Assembly: GCF_006345805.1 (NCBI RefSeq)
Contig: NC_043005.1
Coordinates: 28,954,001 to 29,018,000 of the forward strand
Length of the DNA: 64,000 bases
Direction of reading: 5' to 3'
DNA from: Octopus sinensis
Taxonomy: Eukaryota
The position numbers and the translations under genes are program-made. The notes beneath the pieces are model-generated. The model was not told the DNA's origin. It did no database searches and was given only the letters and a program-made list of their open reading frames with translations. This document shows, piece after piece, positions 26,918 to 40,751 of this stretch; the stretch's first letter is position 1, and each line of letters opens with the position of its first letter.

Positions 26918-27305
26918 ATAGGTGTAGGAGTGGTTGTGGTAAGTAGCTTGCTTACCAACCACATGGTTCCAGGTTCAGTCCCACTGCGTGGCACTTTGGG
27001 CAAGTGTCCTCTACAACAGCCTTGGGCTGACAAAATCCTTGTGAGTGGATTTGGTTGACGGAAACTGAAAAAAGCTTGTTGTATACATGTGTATATGTTT
27101 GCATGTCTGTGTTTGTCCCCCCAATATCACTTGACAACCACTGCTGGTGTGTTTGCGTTCCCATAACTTAGTGGTTTGGCCAAAGAGACCGATATGATAA
27201 GTACTAGGCTTACAAAGAATGTCCTAGGGTCGATTTGCTCAACTAAAGGCGATGCGCCAGCATGGTCACAGTCAAATGAGTAAAACCAAAGGATAAAAGA
27301 ATATA
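26918..27305 (+). mobile_element. tRNA-derived SINE with a CR1/L2-like 3' tail
   Basis: Head with A/B-box-like GGAGTGGTTGTGG and GGTTCAGTCCC; partial copies near 42855, 53050 and 54760. Confidence 0.8.
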
Positions 27306-27771
27306 CAGAATATCATTTAAGGTGTAAAAGTAATTTTGCTTATTATAAACTTTTAATAGAACATGAAACGGAATAAAAATTATAAATGCATGCTGGCAGT
27401 TTTATAGGCTTATTCCTGATACTATCTAACTTGTGTGTTTTTATCACTAGAAATTCTGCAAGGAAAGTATATTTAACAAGAACTTTGTCTAATTTTTGTG
27501 TAGGTCCAGAAAACTCAGTGGTAGTTAATGCTTGGTATGTCACATCAGAATTTCATCCAGAAAATTCAACTTCATTTTCACATACCTGTATCATCTGGAG
27601 TGAAATTCAGATATTTTCTCTCAGTATTTTCAGTATCCTAGAGAAAACATTCAGATTAATCACAAAAAGAAAATTTGTGATCAAAGCTTAAGAGTTCCAC
27701 AGGAGCACTCTAATATCTGCTTGGTTAATGTATCAAATTGATGGTCCATTTAATATTTTGTTTTTACATAC

Positions 27772-28280
27772 AATTCATCATTGGTCTGCTTTCCATGCTG
27801 GCATTGGTTGGATAGTTTGACTGAGAACTGGCAAACCAAGAGGTTGCATCAGGCTCCAATCTGATCTGGCAAGGTTTCTACAGTTGGATGCCCTTCCTAA
27901 TGCCAACCACTCCAAAAGTGTAGTGGGTGCTTTTTATGTACCACTGGCACAGGAGCCAGTCAGGTGGTACTGGCATTGACCACACTTGAATGGTGCTTTT
28001 TATGTGCCAGTCAAGTATCACTGGCATTGCCTACACTCAAATGGTGCTTTTTATGTGCCAGTCAGGTGGCACTGGCATTGGCCATGATCATGATTTTACT
28101 TGATTCAACAGGACTTCACAAGCATGCCATATCACCCAACAATTGAAGGGTACTTTTAAATGGGCCAGTTATGTGACACTGGCATCAGCTATGGCTACGA
28201 TCTCACTTGGCTTGCTGGGTCTTCTTGAGCATGGCATATCTTCAAAGAACTCAGTCGCTTGTCATTGCTTCAGTGAGACC
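27772..28280 (-). mobile_element. RTE 3'-tail element with internal repeat units
   Basis: Family motifs as at 1824. Confidence 0.8.
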
Positions 28281-29419
28281 CAATTATGGCAGTATTGATC
28301 TGTCAAAATAGTTGTGGTTTTGTCAAATAGCAGTTGTCTACAATTGCTTTTGTTATGAGGTTTAGTACAAATTCCTTACATTAGGAAGAAAATGGTATTC
28401 ACACACATTTTCGATACATTTTTCATCATTTTCTCAATTACTGAATAATTCAATGTTCAACACTCTTGCTAAGTATTTTGTTATAAATTAGGATTACCTC
28501 AAGCCTTGTGAGTGTAAATGGGGAGGCGTTTTGGATGGGTCGTATATATTCTTGATGGTGGGGGTTAGTGTTTTAACATTCATGTGGTTCTTGGCTACCC
28601 TAATCTACTGTGTTGCAAACATTCGGACCAGACATTGTTTCTTGTTCCTTTTTTTTTTTTTTTTTTACCTTTGGAGTCCCAGCAAAAATGTCATCGGTAT
28701 AACCCCCTACTTTTTAGACTAAGCCATTAAAAAAAATTCACTTGTGTATTATCATTTTATGTCTGCTTTCTGTGCTGGCATGGGTTGGATAGATCATCAC
28801 GGTTTAACTCTGTTCTCATTTGGTGCCACTACTCTTCTAAGATAAGTTAAAGAATTGTTTCACTCCTTCATTCTTGGCTTGGTATTTGTTAAGTCAATGC
28901 ATTTACTCTTGCCATATACTTCGGTATATTGAGTGCATTTTGTTTTGCTACTAGCACTGGTTAGGTTGCCATGTCGTCTGCAAGACTAAATGACCATCTC
29001 AACTCAGTGATCATTTACCAGCTATTTTGTAGAGTATTGCACAGTGCCATTTTATCATGGCAACAATCTTAGTGACATTGTCATGTAAAGCTAGAGTTGT
29101 CATTGCCCAATGATGTGTTCAAGTACTAAAGGTAAAGTCAGAGAAGGTAAATACAAGAGTGACAGGAGAATCTAGAAAAGTGGGTGAAGATTGTAAAAGT
29201 ATGTGTGGTGATCAGTGAGTGATGGATCTCAATAGCAAATGGCATGGGGAGAGTGAGTAATGACTGATAGTACAGAAAAGTTGATGGAATGGTGAATTGG
29301 GTTCTTTTATTAGTTACTGAACAGCAAATGGAAGTGAGGGTGAGTGGAGATAAAGAGATAAATGGGTAACAAAGACATGCAGGCTTGACAAGGACAGTTT
29401 AAGCAAGACTCAAATATGT

Positions 29420-30760
29420 GCGCACCCACTTTCCTTGGTCTCCCTTTTCAATGGATTCTATTCACTTTGTCTGTTTGGCACTTATACATAGAGCTGCCAT
29501 CTTCCATATGCATTACACACCAGTATCATTGCAGTCTTTCCTTTTGCACGTATTTTGATTCCTCTTTCATTCAGTTTTTCTCTAACCTCATTTGTACTCT
29601 GTGGTTCATGTGCCAGACATTGCACATCCAGTTGAATATGCTCACTTCATTTATTTCTAGTTTTTGCTGGTCCTCTGCATTCAGGGACCACATCTCCTAA
29701 CTATGCAGTATTGTATCTGTACACAAGAGACAGTCTGCTTTTCACATTGAATGAGAATCCTTTTTTGTACCAACAGAAGTAGTAGCTTCCTGAATGTTTT
29801 CCAACCCATCTTTACTCTGGTTAATGTATGTTTTGAACACCCACTTCAACAGCTAAATTGATTACCCATATTACTGAAGCTATCAATTATTTCTAGGTAT
29901 TTTCTTTGTACCCTTAGTGTTTATTGTTCCTGTGCATGTCATATTTGAAGCCCATATTCTCCAGTAGCTCCTGTTCTATTATATTCTTTTATGCAGCCAT
30001 AATTTGTACTAGGTGTACAATATTGAATTCTTACCTATTATTCTTTTACCTTAAGCAAGGCCATTTTTCTGACAATAGTGTCCTGTCTCTTGATTTGAGG
30101 TTCAATTTCTGTCTGGAATGCTCTAAACCCCAAATTCATTTGTAAGAACTGTCACATTAGCAAATAAAGGGACTGAGACCGAAGTCCTTGTAGTCTTCTG
30201 CTTGCATACTATAATCAATACTGATTACATCTTTGTGCATGGTTCATGTGGTCTTCAGTCATTGAAGAAGCTAGGGACAGAGAGAAAATTTGTGAAGGGC
30301 TTCCTCCACATCAACAAATGCTAGGTACCATGGTTTACTCCTGGTTAAACACTTCTGCAGTTGGCTCACTTGGGTGGCATAAAGATGAAATGTCTCATCT
30401 AAGCTAATTCTCTTCCTGATCAAGTGAGCTATGGCTGTTTCAGTAACTTTCAAAACCCAGTCTATTAGTTTAATACTTATGAAATTTTTGATCTCTTTTG
30501 ACCTTGTAGCAGTTAATATTTCCATGTTAATCATACAGTGTTACACCTTCCTGTATTGATTGTGCAAGTGACTACCCTGAACCCGACTCTGCCAGTTTTT
30601 AAGCATTTCAGCAATAATTGCTGATGGACCAGTAGCTTAATTTTCTCTCTCTCATTTTCCTTAGTACACCATAACATGTCTCTTCCTTTCTAACAACTTG
30701 CTGCACCTCTCTGCTCCCTTTCCAATCTTTCCAACTCACTCTCTTAGCTTTGCTTTTGAT
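29420..30760 (-). mobile_element. Highly decayed RTE LINE fragment
   Basis: VLKVTE...QLQKCLTRSKPWYLAFVDVEEAL on -. Confidence 0.75.
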
Positions 30761-32995
30761 GTTAGACACAAGAAGGAATTCCATTTGAAATATAATTGGC
30801 AGATTGGAGAAAATCTGATGTCAGCTTACGAATGAAAACCAGGATAAAATTCAGTAATGTCATCAAGAATTTTATTGGTGCTTTTAAAGTAATTTTATTT
30901 CTCAATTCCCTTCTATATTGAGATAGTCTGGCCTCATTTTTGGTTGCAAAACTTGGTCTTGAGACTAGGTGGAACATTTCATACAGGAACTCATCATCAT
31001 CTACTACTAAACCATTGAGTTGAAAAGCTGCAGGTATGAGAGCCTGTATATCTCTCCTAGACACCTCATCTCTTAGTAATTATTAACTGCAGGTTATAAA
31101 ACTAGTAGCCAAGTCTCATATGTAATACTAACTAAATTTAGTAAACAATTGCACTAGGAGCCTTGTGTCAGTCATGGACAAATGATAGCCTGTGTGACTT
31201 TCTGAAAGGCATGCCAATGTAAAATTACCTTGAATTTTTTTTTAGTAGTGTGGCTTGCATGATAAACTGTACCTCTTGTAGCCTGCTTTTTGCAAAAGGT
31301 TGCTCATGCCTGCTTTATGTACTCACTCAATTTATTAGAATTGACAGTTAAATATTTCTCAAATTACATCTTAATATCTCGGAGGTATTAACCTCAGATG
31401 AGGTTAGATGTTCTGGGTGATGGTCATAGCTGAAAAGGTGCAAAAGAATTCCTTTTACACTTAGGGAAACAATCCAAACTAATCAACAGCTGTTTTAATG
31501 TGGTTATTGCAGTTTTGAAGCATCTCTGCTACTTCTAATTTCACTTTTTGGTTTTTCTTACTTTTGGCACGTAATGTTGATAAAAACTGGCAGTAGTGTA
31601 CTGAACAGTCTGCTTTTGATAAATTTTAATTGATGTAATTGTGATGATTTAATTTTATTTTCATCTTCAATAATTCTTTGTAGATTAATTGCTAGGAGTT
31701 CTAACCAGCTGGTGGTGATCATTGTTTTCCACAGACCAGTAAGCAGTTGTATTGCTTACATAATTGATAGGATTCATTAACTTACAATCTGATACTGGGT
31801 CCTTCATATGATCTGGAACAATGGTAGAAGTACTAAAGATGTGATCATTAGAAGCACTATCACCACAAGATATTGAGAAATGCTCATTGACAAGCTGATT
31901 CTGTTGCAATTATTTTGGTAAAGGGTCTTTCGAATTTATGGGACCAATGTTAAAAAAGATAAGGGTTTAAGTTGTAGCTACAGCATGCCCTAGAGAATAA
32001 TCTACATTAAAACAACTAGTATTATTTTGCTGCGGGTTTAATAAAGTTTATCTTGGTGTAATCACAAATGTTTCAAGTTAATTTTTAAAAGTCTTATTCT
32101 ACTTTTTCTATATCAATTTTCGAATCCTGTTAGAAACTATGGTCCTGTTTAAAAGTTATAAAAATATAACTTGTACGAATGGGACGACACGAGGTACTTG
32201 GATGTAATGATTGTTGTACATGGTGAATGAGGTTTGGGCCTATTGTCATGTCATCTTCATTTTCCCAGGCAAGCTGAATACAAGTTAGTTGATTACACAT
32301 TTGTGTTTTCACATAAATGTACAAGATATTGATTCCTGGTTATTGGTTTCCAGTCTCAAAGCTGTATTTCTGTTCCACTTGGTGTCTGTAACTTAGAAGC
32401 TGCACAAATAATAATCAGAAAAATCATTCTGGTATATACCACCTTCATCTCCATTAGTGTAATGAAGGTGATGTTACCATGTTGATGTACATACTTCATC
32501 ACTTATCCTGGCCAAGATTTCTTAAGAAAAAAGTCAAAGAAAATACTAAATAGGCTTTGCTTCTAAGTTCAACAGTTTTATAGGGTCTACAGCACTAATG
32601 TAAACATTGATGCAATGATCAACTGCATAACTCCGCTCTTGCTTAGAATCGATAGATTGTTGATGCATGCTGAGAATTCTGAAATATTCAATTATTTTCT
32701 CCAAGTCCATGCTCTTATAAAATCATTAATAACGAAATCAATGAATAAGGATATCGGCAAATTCTAACTGCTTGAGGAATTAACCACCGCGATTCTCAGA
32801 AAGAGAAAGAAAAAATTTCAAAGAAGTTCACTTAAATGTACAAGGTACAAACAGCAAATCTTCTAACAAGCAGTTCCTTGTGTTATAAGACTAAATTTTC
32901 TTATACAGAAGAATGCTAAGTTCCGGTTTTTGACTCCAAACAACAATGCTATTTGAATTGTGTTTATGTGCAGTTCTGGACCTGGTGACAGTTGC

Positions 32996-33056
32996 ATTGA
33001 TTCACACTACAGGCTTAAAGAGAATTGATTCACACTACAGAGTTAAAGAGAATTGA
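32996..33056 (+). repeat. 28-bp tandem duplication
   Basis: ATTGATTCACACTACAG(GC/AG)TTAAAGAGA twice. Confidence 0.9.
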
Positions 33057-35409
33057 AGTGAATTAACAACAGTTGTTGTGAGTTAAAATTCAGTTGTGAA
33101 CCAACTAGAAACTTAAAGCTTATGTTTTTTGTTTTCTATAAATTGATATTGAGTTAACAATACTTTTAGAACTGCCATTGTTTGACTACTTCAGTAGTTA
33201 TCTAACCAAAGGCTATTTGTGGAACCCTTATCATTCACATGGAGATATCTACCATCTATATGAAATATGGTCATGAAAGTGTCATCGTTGCCCATTATTC
33301 TTGGCATTATTATATCTACTGGACATTTTAAACTTTTGTTACTATATTTCGACCATATCCTTCAATTGAATTTTAACATGAATTTAAATAGGTTTTGTAA
33401 AACAACTATTTGAATTTTGTACAAAAATCCCTGTTTACAATGAACGAGATGGAATAAGTTGCAATTATGGTCTGTAATCAAGTTGCTTACATATATCGTG
33501 TTTAACTTACACATGCAGTGTTGCTAAAATCTGTAGAATTATTCTATAATATAGTATTAAAATGTAATACTTCTAAGTGAGAGGTAAAGATAGCACAAAA
33601 CTTTGAAATTTGTTAGTGTTTGAAGCAATTTATGTATATAATCCTTATTGGCCTCAAGAGACTGGATTCTACACCCAAACCGTTTTTCTTTGGTTTGGTG
33701 GGCAAAGCAGCATCTACTGTAACTGTAGAGATACATTCCTTATGAGAACAATTTACTCTCATAAGCAGAACTTGTTAGTATTTTTAAATAAGTCAAGAAC
33801 AATGTAAATCTGATATTTAGAAGAAAATAATTTCTATTAAGATACTAAAAAATTCCTCTATTTTTTTTTTATGGTAAGATGTAAAGAAATGCACTCTGCA
33901 GAAATATTTCAATAGAATGTCCACTTGGATCTTTCTTCTGAGGTTAGAATTCTCAGTACAATCTTTTCTGTTTTATGTAGTTGGACTGGAATTAGTAAGG
34001 GGTAACTCTCTGACTTTTCACTTTCCCACCAAAGTTTTTATGTGTATCCTGCCATTAATTCCATTGCTAAAACTTGCAGTTAGTTACATGACTTTTGAGC
34101 TCCTTTGTGGATTTACTTCAAAGTACCAAGTATTAGCTTATTGGATTAAAATGATTTCCACCACCAATATATCTGTTATGTTTACAATTAGTATCCTTTC
34201 TCTATTCATATGATGGGGGAAGAGAAAATTCCAAATTATATATGTCCCATGTTTGGAATCACTTGTATGTTTCAGCAACTTCTAATTCCTGTGTCAGTTT
34301 GACTAGTGTTGCTTTCAAAATACAAAAATTGGTCTTAATTATTTGTATGGAATGGCTAAAATTTTGAAACCCTGTTGACCTACAACACTTTCTTTCCTCT
34401 ACAAACTGAGAACCAACAACAGTAACTTTTATCCAATTTAAGATCTTATTCCATTTTGTGGGTTTTCCTTGTTTATATTGTTGAAAACCTCCTGAGATTA
34501 CAATTTAATTTGCATGTAACAGGTCCGGAAGTAGTCTTATAAATGTCATTATTTACTTTACCTGTATTCATGGTTTCCTGGGAAAGTATTGTTGCAGTTT
34601 CACACACCTCAAAAGTGTTCATGAATAAATTGGTTTCATTAAGAAAAAAAGTAATTCTTTCACTATCGTATTTAGAACACAAGGTCACAAATTTTGTTTT
34701 AGATAATAAATTAGATACAATTTTTATCTTAAAATCTATTGTACCTACAAATAAATTCAGTGAAATGTAATTTTTTTTTTTTAACATTAACATATGAGAT
34801 ATATTTAGCAGAGATAAATGATATGCAAAGCTGATATGTAGATGACAAAAATAGCAAATGGCATTGAGACATGAAGGATCCATTTATTTATATTCTGTGT
34901 AGTGACCTGTCTTTGTAGCTAGAGGAAACCCATGAATTGGAATCTACTAAAGTAAATTATCAATGAGTTTTAAGTCCCCAGGAAAAATTTTTTTTGGAAG
35001 ATAGTTTAAAACTGGCCATTCTTTTCTCTTTGATGATCACTGTTAAAATTGTCCTCAGTATTGCAAATTGAAAGCTTGATTCAAATATCTCTATTTTGTT
35101 GAGTCATTTTTATAAAGGATGGAACATAAAAATATATAGAAAAAAGGGTGGAAAAGCAATTCAAGTGGCAACAAAAGTTGGATGTACAACAAATGTTTTA
35201 CCCAGTGAAATAAAGAGTAACATATGTCTATTGATTTAAATATAAATAGGGAGGTAGTTTGCTAAAAAGGGTCAAGGAGTCTCTTGAAGTTGAAGCTAAT
35301 ATAGTTCACAAATATTAATTATTGCTGCAGGACTACTTTTTGGTCAAAAACCATTTATCATAGTCCATTACTTTGAGAGATCAGCTAGAACTAGTGAACA
35401 ATACACATA

Positions 35410-35760
35410 GACATCATTGTTTAATGTCCGTTTTCCATGCTGGCATGGGTTGGACAGTTCGACTGGGGCCTGGAAAGCCAGGAGGCTTGCACCAGTCTGA
35501 TCTGACAATGTTTCTACAGCTGGATTCCCTTCCTAATGCCAACCACTCCGAGAGTGTAGTGGGTGCTTTTTACATGCCACAGGCATGGGCCAGAGGGGAC
35601 TGGCATCAACCATGATTGGATGGTGCTTTTTATGTGCCACTGGCACAGGGACCGTAACTACAGTTTCCATTTCATTTTGATGTTGATGTACTTGACTCAG
35701 TAGGTCTCCTCAAACATGGTATGTTGTCCTATGATCCAAAGGTCACTGTTTATGAAATTC
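35410..35760 (-). mobile_element. RTE 3'-tail element
   Basis: Family motifs. Confidence 0.8.
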
Positions 35761-36089
35761 TTTTCATTTTGCACCGGTAAACTTGATGCTTTAGTACAAT
35801 ATTCTTGGCCAAAGACATCATACTGCCATGTGTATGGCTTCAACATTTTGAATTTTAACCAAAATATTGAGTTGATGCAATTAGCACAAAGTAAATGCTG
35901 TTACAAAAATATTGCAATAATTCGAAGGTGACTTTAAAGCATTTACCATGACCCTATAGTGTTGATATACGTGCTAAAATTAGCAGTCTGTAGAAACATC
36001 AGCTGTATTGACCCAACTGGAATATATAGGTAACAATCTGAGAGAGTAACACTTATATATTTGTGATTCAGATTTTATGATTGTGCTAT

Positions 36090-37390
36090 CATCATCATCA
36101 TCACTTAGCGTCTGCTTTCCATGCTGGCATGGGTTAGATGGTTTGACTGAAACTGGTAAGCTGGAGAGCTGTACCAAGTTCCAATCTGATTTGGCATGGT
36201 TTCTATGGCTGGATGCCCTTCCTAATGCCAGCCACTACAAGAGTAAAGTTGGTGCCTTTTAGATGTTACTGGCACTGGCCACAACTATGATTTCACTTGC
36301 CTTGATGAGTCTTCTCAAGCACAGCAAATTACCAAAGGTCTTAATCACCTGTCATCACCTCTGTGAGACCCAACTTTCCAAGATCATGCTTCACCACCTT
36401 GTCCCATGTCTTCCTGGGTCAACCTCTTCCACAGGTTCCATCCACAGATGGGAACTTCTTTACATAGCTGTCCTTATCCATTTGCATTAAAAAAAAACAT
36501 ACCAGCACAGTCTTCTCTCTTGCACACCACATTGGATTCCTCTTATGCTCAATTTCTCTCTGAAGACACACTTGGTCTTACATGCACAGACATTGCGCAT
36601 CCAGCAAATCATACTAGCTTCATTTCTTTCAAGTCTTTGCATGTTCTCTGCAGTCACAGCCTATGTTTAACTGCTGTGTAACATGGCTGTTCACACACAG
36701 GCATCATACAATCTGCCTGCAACTCTGAATGAGAGGCCCTTTGTTATCAACAAAGGTAGAAGCTCACAGAACTTTGCCCAGCCTATTCTTATTCTAGCAG
36801 CTATGCTCTTGAGGCATCCACCTCCACTGCTGATTTGATCACCCAGATAACAGAACCTATCTACTACTTCTAAGTATCCTTCTGGCATTTGATGAAGCCT
36901 ATTTTCTGTACAATTCTAGTGTTTATTGTATCTATACATCTGCCATACACAAAAACTTTATCCTGTTCCCTTTCCTCTGATATTGCTGCACCTCTTGTGC
37001 GTCCATGCTCTGCACTGGGTACATCATATGAAGTTTCTACTTATGCTTTTACATATGAAGCATGACCATCTTTCTGAAGGGGCTTTGGTCTTTGCTAAAT
37101 TAACTCTAAGGCCCTTTGATTCCAGACCTTGTTCTGGTAGTGATTTGGATATAAGAAAAGGTTATCAGCATAGAGGATCTCCCAAGGGCAGCCTGTCTTA
37201 AATTCCTGTTATTGCCTGAAGGACTATGATGAACAGAAGGGGACTGAAGACCGATCCTTGGTGAACTACTACTAGTACACTGAATTTACTGCTGTACATG
37301 TTACCAACCCTCTCCTTATGGTATTCCTGTACATGACTTGTATAGCTCTTACCAGCCACTCCTCTACCCTTAGTTTCTGCATTGACCACC
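36090..37390 (-). mobile_element. Decayed RTE LINE 3' half
   Basis: VVDRFCYLGDQISSGGGC...IRIGWAKFCELLPLL and VVVHQGSVFSPLLFIIVL. Confidence 0.88.
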
Positions 37391-39383
37391 AGCTGAAAGA
37401 GCAGGGGACACTGTCAAAGGGATATAACATCAGCAGTGCTTCTCCCTGGCACAAAAACCAAACCTAATTAGGTGAACCTTTTCTGTAACTTTCATCACCT
37501 GATCCAACCTTTCTTTATAAAATTTCATGACCGAGTAGTGGTTAAGGAATTCACTTCTAAACCATGTATCTGGTTAGGATTTGGTCCCATCAAATGAACA
37601 TAACTAATATTCTCTGCTATAACCACAGGCTGATGAAAACAGGAATGAGTTGCTGGAAACTGAAGAAGCTCTATGTGAGTGAATGTATGTGAGAGAATGA
37701 GTTAATATTTCTCCTCATCTTCATGTGTGTTTGTTTGTGAACAAGACATTACTATTTGCTTGTTGTTCACTTTGAACTTACGCCTGGATATCTTCACTTG
37801 TTGCATGATCTTTAGTATCATTTGTTCCCAGTCTTTTGTGTAACTATATTTGTGCTGTTCCATGATCTATAGATTAGATGAATATAACATTGCTTGGAAA
37901 CTGGCGGTGAGAGTTGAGATCAGGATCTGGCTGTAGAAAACTTGTCTGGTGCATGCAAGCATGAAAAATGTTGGAAGTGACAATGAAGATAGGAATTCTT
38001 AAATGTTTCCAAGACGACTAAATATATAAACTTTTTTTTTATTTTTAAATGGCACATGGCTAGACAACCACGCAAGCTTTTTTTTCTCTCTCTCAGGTGA
38101 TTTAAATTACTGAGAGAAAATAGTCTTTCCATGGAAATGATTGGTAATGACAAGACTGCATTAGTTGGAATTTCTTAAATAAAATTCAATGCAGTGTTAG
38201 CTGTCAAGGTAATGTGGAAAAGAAAGCTTCAAAAATTTGTTAGAAATTGGATATTGCTTTTAGCATTCAGATTATTCTGTCAAATATATTCATTCACATT
38301 GTTTTGAATTAATCAAGGATTCCCTTGTGGCTTAGAGATTTTCATGTTGCAATTATTTTTAGAATGACAATGTCAAGGAGGTGTGAGGAGCCTGGTTTGA
38401 ACAGGAAGCAGGTAGAATATTTTGACTGGATATGGCTGGTTTAAATGCTAGGGGATTAAACCACACCATATGGTTGATTTATTAGATATTTGGATGATGT
38501 ATATATGTTTTAAAATTTTTTCTTAGCTGTATACATTTTTTCACTATTTGTCAAAATTGTATTAAATGGCTATCATCACAGCAATTTTACTTAATTAAAA
38601 CAAACGATAAAACACTTCATCCTTTAAGCTTTTCCTTCAGATATTTCAAACCAAGATAATGTTTTAAATTCTAATTACTATAAAAGTTAGTTTATACATA
38701 AATCTATGGCGGCTTTTGTCTCCAACCTAATAAGAAAAATTAACTTGAATTGTAAAATTATTAAAATTTTATGTAAAATATCGCTTTGTCAAGAAAAAGA
38801 CAAAAAAGCAGAATGGTATAATATGTATTTTCAATTGAACTAGAGGGCGTATAATGAAACGGTTTATGCATTAAAGTAAAATATATTGAGTACCAAAATT
38901 TACCAGGGTTTCAAAAATAAAAATAAAATTCACACTAATTATGCAAAATTTCCCCCCAATTCCCTTACAAATTTAAAGTTAGTTAAAAATTTATATCGAT
39001 GGCAACTTTTTTATTAATCTAAGCCTTAAATATTTTCAAGCTAGTGGACTTCATACTAATTTCAAAATGGTGCATTCTGTGATTTAAAGAAAGAACTGGG
39101 AAAATCTGAAACAGTTGCAATGTTTAATTGGTTTGACCAGCATCAGAATTTTCCATCTCATTTGATGTCTGTTTTCCATGGGAAAGCAATAAAATAGTTC
39201 ATGGGTTACAATTTTTTTTTGGAGATATTTTGAAATTGGCTGTCAGCATTAAATGATTTGTTTTAGGGGTGTGACATTTTGAGGTTTAATGGCTTACTCG
39301 GCAATTTAACAGATTTGTCAAAATGTGTTGTACAATAGACACTGCCTCATGTTTAAACTGTTGGCCTTCATTTTTCTCTCTAG

Positions 39384-39497
39384 GATGGTATCCAGCCAAT
39401 GTGGGAAGATGAGCAGAACCAACGAGGTGGTAGATGGGTTATTAATCTTAACAGGCAACAGAGACCTTCAGAATTGGATCATTTATGGCAGGAAACG
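39384..39497 (+). CDS. EIF4E: eIF4E exon 4 (DGIQPMWEDEQNQRGGRWVINLNRQQRPSELDHLWQET), 114 nt
   Basis: TTTTTCTCTCTAG acceptor and ACG|GTAAAA donor; cap-binding PMWED and GGRW motifs. Confidence 0.98.
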
Positions 39498-39650
39498 GTA
39501 AAATTTTTCACTTTCAATTTTCTTTCCTAAATTGTTGATTTTTATATTTTTAATTGATTCACTAAATTGGTTTTGTAGTTGTATAACGAGGAGGGGGGTA
39601 TGAAAAATTTTTTTTTCCTCAAATATTTTGTATTTATTTCATTTATAAAG

Positions 39651-39790
39651 TTACTGTGTCTGATTGGTGAGGCTTTTGATGAAATGAGCTACATTGTATG
39701 TGGGGCTGTTGTTAGTGTCCGTGCCAAAGGTAACAAATTGGGGCTGTGGACAAGAGATGCAGGCAATGGTGATGCAAATATTAAAATTGG
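39651..39790 (+). CDS. EIF4E: eIF4E exon 5 (LLCLIGEAFDEMSYIVCGAVVSVRAKGNKLGLWTRDAGNGDANIKI-G), 140 nt
   Basis: ATAAAG acceptor and GG|GTGAGT donor; LIGE and CGAVV.VR.K motifs. Confidence 0.97.
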
Positions 39791-40069
39791 GTGAGTAGCA
39801 TGAATATTTCTTATTAACATAATCATTCTGAATATCAGTTCTGTTGAGATACTTTGTAAACGTTTGGAATGTTTGTTTTTCTGCATATTTTGATAACCTC
39901 AAATGTTACCATTTCTAAACTAAAATAACATAAGCTACTTTAAATAATTCTAAATCCTCACATTAGTCAATGTTAGTCCAACAGTTCTAACTACCAATTG
40001 CTGCTTGCCACCATTTGTCATTGTGGTAGATCTGTTACTGACCTTCTTTTAAAAATTTTTTCTTAACAG

Positions 40070-40124
40070 ACAGAAATTGAAAGAGAGACTTCATATACCA
40101 CAAAAAATTTCTATAGGATACCAG
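40070..40124 (+). CDS. EIF4E: eIF4E exon 6 (QKLKERLHIPQKISIGYQ), 55 nt
   Basis: TTTTTTCTTAACAG acceptor and CAG|GTAATT donor; KERL..P....IGYQ homology; phase 2 to phase 0. Confidence 0.95.
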
Positions 40125-40298
40125 GTAATTAGATATTTGTTTTTAAATGAGTTTAACTAAAAAAATACTCCAAGTTATATTTTGCCCTTGTAGATTTTAA
40201 ATGTCTATGTATTCTAGTTAATTTGCCTTAATATTTGATTATTAATTACAGAAAATTATTAGGTTTCACTTATTTCTTTGTTCTTACCTGATTTGTAG

Positions 40299-40358
40299 GT
40301 GCATGAAGACACATCGAAAAAATCTGGATCTACAGCTCGTGACCGTTACACTTTATAG
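40299..40358 (+). CDS. EIF4E: eIF4E exon 7 (VHEDTSKKSGSTARDRYTL*), stop TAG 40356-40358
   Basis: ATTTGTAG acceptor; KSGST motif matching the Mnk-phosphorylated Ser209 context. Total CDS 660 nt = 219 aa plus stop. Confidence 0.96.
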   Translation: MHEDTSKKSGSTARDRYTL

Positions 40359-40751
40359 AAAACCATTGGTGTGTCACAAGTTCTGGTGGCCAGGATTGGG
40401 ACACACAGCCCTACACACACACATACACACATTCACGCCAGTCTTGCAACACTGGTGTTGCTTGGTGTGAAATGAATTCTTTGACACAAGAAAATGAAGG
40501 GAGTTTTCTTCCCTTTACCTGATCCCACTCCCAATTCAAAAATACAAAACAAAAAACACTTTTTTTTAAGGAAAAGTTATTGGCTTTAAACTATGAAAGG
40601 TTTGATGAATGAAAGTTGATGTCAGATCTGATTTTGCAGTGTAAGAAGAAAGCTACTTGATTCAGCATACATACACTTCAACCTACAAGAAATACTGTTA
40701 AACATTCGCCATTGTTGGCCTGAAAAGGATTTAATGCCTGCTTTCTTTGAT

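Noticed and set aside
30762-32710. Protein-looking minus-strand stretches (MDLEKIIEYF..., MQQNQLVNEH..., ...DDEFLYEMFHLVSRP...) as a nested antisense gene or pseudogene
   Set aside because: About 17 stops in ~340 codons is not clearly below the AT-rich background. No recognisable homology or consistent splice structure; BLASTx would be needed.
34380-34480. KPTKW-like piggyBac transposase motif on -
   Set aside because: Five-residue match only, without the surrounding conserved residues.
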